Positions 59,845-64,000 of a stretch of 64,000 nucleotides of DNA are shown here, one piece after another. The position numbers and the translations under genes were made by a program. Below the pieces are notes generated by a model. It was not told the DNA's origin. It worked only from the letters and a program-made list of their open reading frames with translations, and made no database searches. Each line of letters begins with the position of its first letter. The first letter of the stretch is position 1. This DNA comes from Tubulanus polymorphus (Eukaryota > Animalia > Nemertea): the NCBI RefSeq assembly GCF_964204645.1, contig NC_134026.1, positions 13,018,050 to 13,082,049 of the forward strand, given 5' to 3'.

Positions 59845-62470
59845 TTTGGTCCCTCGGGCCTCTGCTAGTGATTTAGAAATTGAGAAATGGAGAAACTCAA
59901 AGCGTCTTGTGCAGCCAGCCGAGGATAATTTACTAAGCTGAAGGAAAAATCGAGTAGAAGGTACGTCATTTTTTAAAAATATGAATTCAAAATTGGAACT
60001 CATTGAAAGTTTGGACTGTCGAATTGTAGAAGCTGATATGTCTACACATCTTATACAGACTTAGTTATCGAATTTGACGAGTACATTTGTGAACGGAAGC
60101 TTGAGGTGGACACATTAGAAATGGCTTTCAGTGAGCTGGCATTAGGATGAAAGCTTCGACCACCAATTCACAAATTTTGAGGAACGCTAATACTAAATAG
60201 TCAGTCGATTAACTTACCGAGTCTAAGAATTCCTGTATTAAGTGGTCAGTTGTTGGAGTGGCAATCCTTCTGGGATCTGTTTATCGTGACAGTGGATAAT
60301 CAGACCAGATTATCAGATATTGAAAAATTCAGCCACCGTTTGCGTTATTTAAACGGTCAGGCAAAGACTACAGTAATAGGGTTATCGTTATCGGCAGCGA
60401 ATTATGAGTCGGCAAAGAAATTACTTCTTGCACGTTATGGTCAACCGCACAAAATTGCGGAGGCGCACTTGTTAGCGTTAACAGATTTGCACCGTCTGTC
60501 ATCTGATAAGAAGTCACTTCGTTCGTTTCATGACAGTATAATCATGTTCGCTCGTTAGAATCGTTAGGGCGACATAAAAATTCTTACGAGACATTACTAG
60601 TACCATTGATCTAATTGAAATTGCCAAATGTTATCAAAGCCAATCTGACTCGAATGAATGTAAAAAATGAATAATTATTGGATGATTTATTGCAAGCATT
60701 GTCAACTGAATTTCGTTTTTAGGACGTTCGATAGACGAACGTCCTTATGTGATCGGTTTGCCGGTTGATGACGCACTTCCGATTTGGTTGACAGACGTTT
60801 AAGGTCGTTTTAAAGCCAGTTAGTTAGAGATTTCCTCAAATTCCGCATCAGAAATGGTGTTTTCAAGTTGGGATTGAATTTGGTTAAAAATAGTTGGTTA
60901 GTTTTTGCTGTGCCTTCTTGAAAAAATGCTCTTCACGCCGTTTATGTGACATCACACATCACGTGTTGCTTATGACGTAGTGATCGACAGAAGTGCCATT
61001 TTTAAAATCGTTGTATCGTGGATGTTAACTTTAGAGGACCTTACGAAGTCTCTTTAAAGATGAGTGTCAAAATATAGGCCCTATGGTGACTTAACTTAAT
61101 TCCTTGTGAGCGCACAGAGGCCCTGTGAGAATCTAGAGACGTTCGCAGCATTGAAAATTACGCAATGGTCTGCTCGACACACACACATGCTGACAGTTTG
61201 ACCTACGTGACTAAATACAGCCGCCATGAATCAGAAGCAATCCACTTCAAATTTTATGAAGTGAATATCATAATTATTATTTATCCGATATACACCAAAA
61301 AACCTTTAAGAGAAAGGTATTTGGCGTCGGATTCTGTACCGAAAATCCCGGATTGTTACACTGCATAGTTTTTTTAGTAGGGCTCTTTTAACATTTTGCC
61401 TATAAGCCATTTGATTGACACGTGGGGCGGGGCTTGCAATCTGCCGATGACGTCAGATGTAAACAATTATATAACCACGTGCATCGCGCACATGTGTAAA
61501 CAAACCTGGCAACAAATTAGATTTTTTGGCGCCAAAACTTTTTTGATTTTTTCTTTTGTCCAATGATTTTTCAACTGGAGCCAACTGCTATGCCATTAGA
61601 TTGTACAATCAAGTATTCACGTTTTATAGACTCTCTCTGAAATAATTCTTGTCCAGGGGACATGTATTGAAATATCTATTGTCGTTGTTTTTGTTTTTTT
61701 TTTATTTTTAGGATATAAACAGCCTAGAAGAAACATCATCTGGCAGACACACATTTGACTACAGATCATATCCTGTTATAAAATGTGTTTAATAAATATT
61801 TTACTCAAGTTTTCTTGCCATTAATACTTCCTGACTACTTTTATTTTATGGTTATCTATGTGCAAGGCAGACATTGGTGGGGTTCCTTTGGCCCTCCGTA
61901 TATGTAGGACCGAAAGGGGTATCTTATGCCATTTGGATTTATTTTTGCTTAGAAAATTTATTCAAATACTTCTTGGCGGACACATTCAAATTCTGAAGGG
62001 TAGGACTAGTCCAACCCCTAAATCCACTTGCATTCAGTCTCAACGTTAAAACCTTCACCGGCCTCCTACTCAATTTTTTGAATAAATGTAAAACTTATGG
62101 CAGAATTTATGGTTGATTCCTTGATTTTTGAATCCCAAAGAATAATTTTTGAATTACGCAGTAGGATGACACTTGAATAGCCGGTATTCAAATTTTCCAA
62201 TCAATGTGGGAGGTGTCAAGGTCTATATGCGTTTCACAAACGAACGTCCACTTTTAAAGTTTCTTTCTAGTTGGAGTCTTGCAGCGATTCACCCGTTCCA
62301 GAAGAACGTGGGCACTACACTTCTACACTTCACACCGATACAACTCGAGATGGTAGGAGATACAGCTGTCTATACTGTGGTGGTAACCATACCCCCACTC
62401 TCAGTGATAAGGTCATGGATGTCCACAAAAGATTTGAAAAGTTTGTGAATCTAATTTGTGTTTTAATAAA
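59845..62470 (+). mobile_element. BEL/Pao gag region, decayed and split by an insertion at 60719-62272
   Basis: LPSLRIPVLSGQLLEWQSFWDLF..DIEKF..L.GQAK (DUF1759-like); CLYCGGNH knuckle after the insertion. Confidence 0.8.
60719..62272 (+). mobile_element. Non-autonomous Helentron-like element, family C
   Basis: 5' hairpin AGGACGTTCG-ATAGA-CGAACGTCCT; 3' partner CGAACGTCC at 62241; ends CTAGTT; gag resumes afterwards. Confidence 0.6.
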
Positions 62471-63644
62471 GAAGTTTCCAGTTTCTAGGCGCCGCCATTT
62501 TGTGGCGGTCCCTCGACATTTAACACATATCCCTCTCTGGTAATCCCTCATTCAGGGATCATACGATGAATTTACTGAATCTCAACCTTCTTGCTGGAAA
62601 ACTTCGACCCCTTTTGCGCGTAATCTCAAACTCAAGCAGGTACAGATCAGTCGTCAGGAAAGATATTCAAAAGATTTCAACGCAGGCTTAAACTGCAAAT
62701 AACCCACTTTAACCTCTCTGAAAAAAGGAAATATAGCTTCAAGGGATACTTAGATATTTCAAAATTTATAAATATATCGATTTGTTTTACGCACGGTTAA
62801 GATATGCGGTCCTTGGTTTCACATCGTCACTGTTCTCAATTGTTGCGTTCAAAGATTCCAAGAATCGCCAGCAAACATCTGCATTTCATTTCCTTTAAAA
62901 TGCTGTATAGCTTAAGTTCATCGAGCAAGGGGCTGCAGAACTATATGATATTCAATCTAAACTTATGTTTTAAAAATGAATGCAAATCATTGCAACAATG
63001 GGGACAAATGTATTTTTTGACATTAGCGAGTTTTAACAAGATAACTTGAAAAGTTTTCATCCAATTCGTCTCAAATTTTGCAGGCATACGGCAGGAATGC
63101 GTGTTTAGCCCTATTACTTTTATCCAACTTCATTTGAAGTTGACAAATTTATGCAGCTTCCAAGAATTAATAAATTTTCAAAATATTTAAAAAATCACAA
63201 AATCAAGGATAAAATATTTGAATTTTGGGTTACATCTCCAAAAGTGGTAGGCTCCTGCGCATTAGTATTCTAAACATTATGAAAAAAGCTCCATCTTATT
63301 ATTATGAACCATTCATGAGATATCCTGTAAATAAAAACCCCTAAAAATGGTAAAAATTGGGTTGCCATGTGGCAACGACAAATACTATTTTTTTTCATAA
63401 TTTTTTTTTCAACTGCTTTGGGTATTTTAAGACGAGGGCTTACATGTATTAGAAAAGTATGAGCCTCAATCAAAAAATAAAGAAAACAGTTGAGTTACCT
63501 CGAAGCCCCCTATTAAAGCACTTAACTATAACTTTACTTAACTACTACGTATCCGTTCTAAGGCCACAGCTTTAGCCTTTCTCATTGGCCAATTAATTTG
63601 TTGTTCGTTACAATAATTTGATCTTTCTTGCCTATTATCATCAA

Positions 63645-64000
63645 ACACTCCCAATGGATACAATTTCGATACTGGTCTATTCGTGTAACCGTTTGCCGTT
63701 TTGAGAGAAACTGATCGTACAATGTTATCATTCCCTTCATGAAGTTCAGTAATTTTACCTAATTTCCATTTAAGACTAGGTTTTGATTCTCCTTGCTCTT
63801 TTTCTAATTCAATTTGTTTTAGAATTAGAATATAAATGCGATTCCCTTAAATTCACTAGGTATTCATGTTTCCACCTTGACCAAAATCAGTTTACCAAGA
63901 TGAACAAATCGTCTGATTCAGATTGTGAAGAGTTGGAATCTGGATCAGTTTCCTCCATAGGATATGGCAACTCAGTAACACGTCTACCATATATTAAATG
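63645..64000 (-). mobile_element. BEL/Pao integrase C-terminal region (DUF5641-like), runs off the window
   Basis: HLIYGR..., FWSRWKHEYLVNLRE, WKLGKITEL..G.DNIVRSV, RPVSKLYPL. Confidence 0.88.

Overview
This is AT-rich eukaryotic DNA, probably from an invertebrate animal (GT-AG introns in the transposon genes), made almost entirely of nested, mostly decayed mobile elements; I found no convincing host gene. The dominant component is a very AT-rich, intron-less Polinton/Maverick (adintovirus-like) family present as several fragments between about 1 and 37260. It carries a protein-primed PolB, an rve integrase, an A32/FtsK-type packaging ATPase, a probable double-jelly-roll major capsid protein, an HNH nuclease and several membrane proteins. 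Three features of this family stand out. (i) Three element ends (2634-2747, 21728-21877, 33775-33926) each fold into a 114-152 nt hairpin with compensatory changes between copies. (ii) The same end and leader precede three different gene sets. (iii) Thirteen internal genes start at TAAATG, the poxvirus late-promoter initiator, while the end-proximal genes start at AAAATG. Together these suggest, as a hypothesis only, a helper-dependent (virophage-like) or modular Maverick. Other elements are a DIRS remnant, two Penelope-like elements (one with a degenerate hammerhead ribozyme), two THAP-Kolobok transposons, two LINE fragments, BEL/Pao pieces, several non-autonomous Helentrons and MITEs, and a Helentron derivative encoding two deubiquitinase-like domains. 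All family calls come from motif recognition by eye, without database searches.
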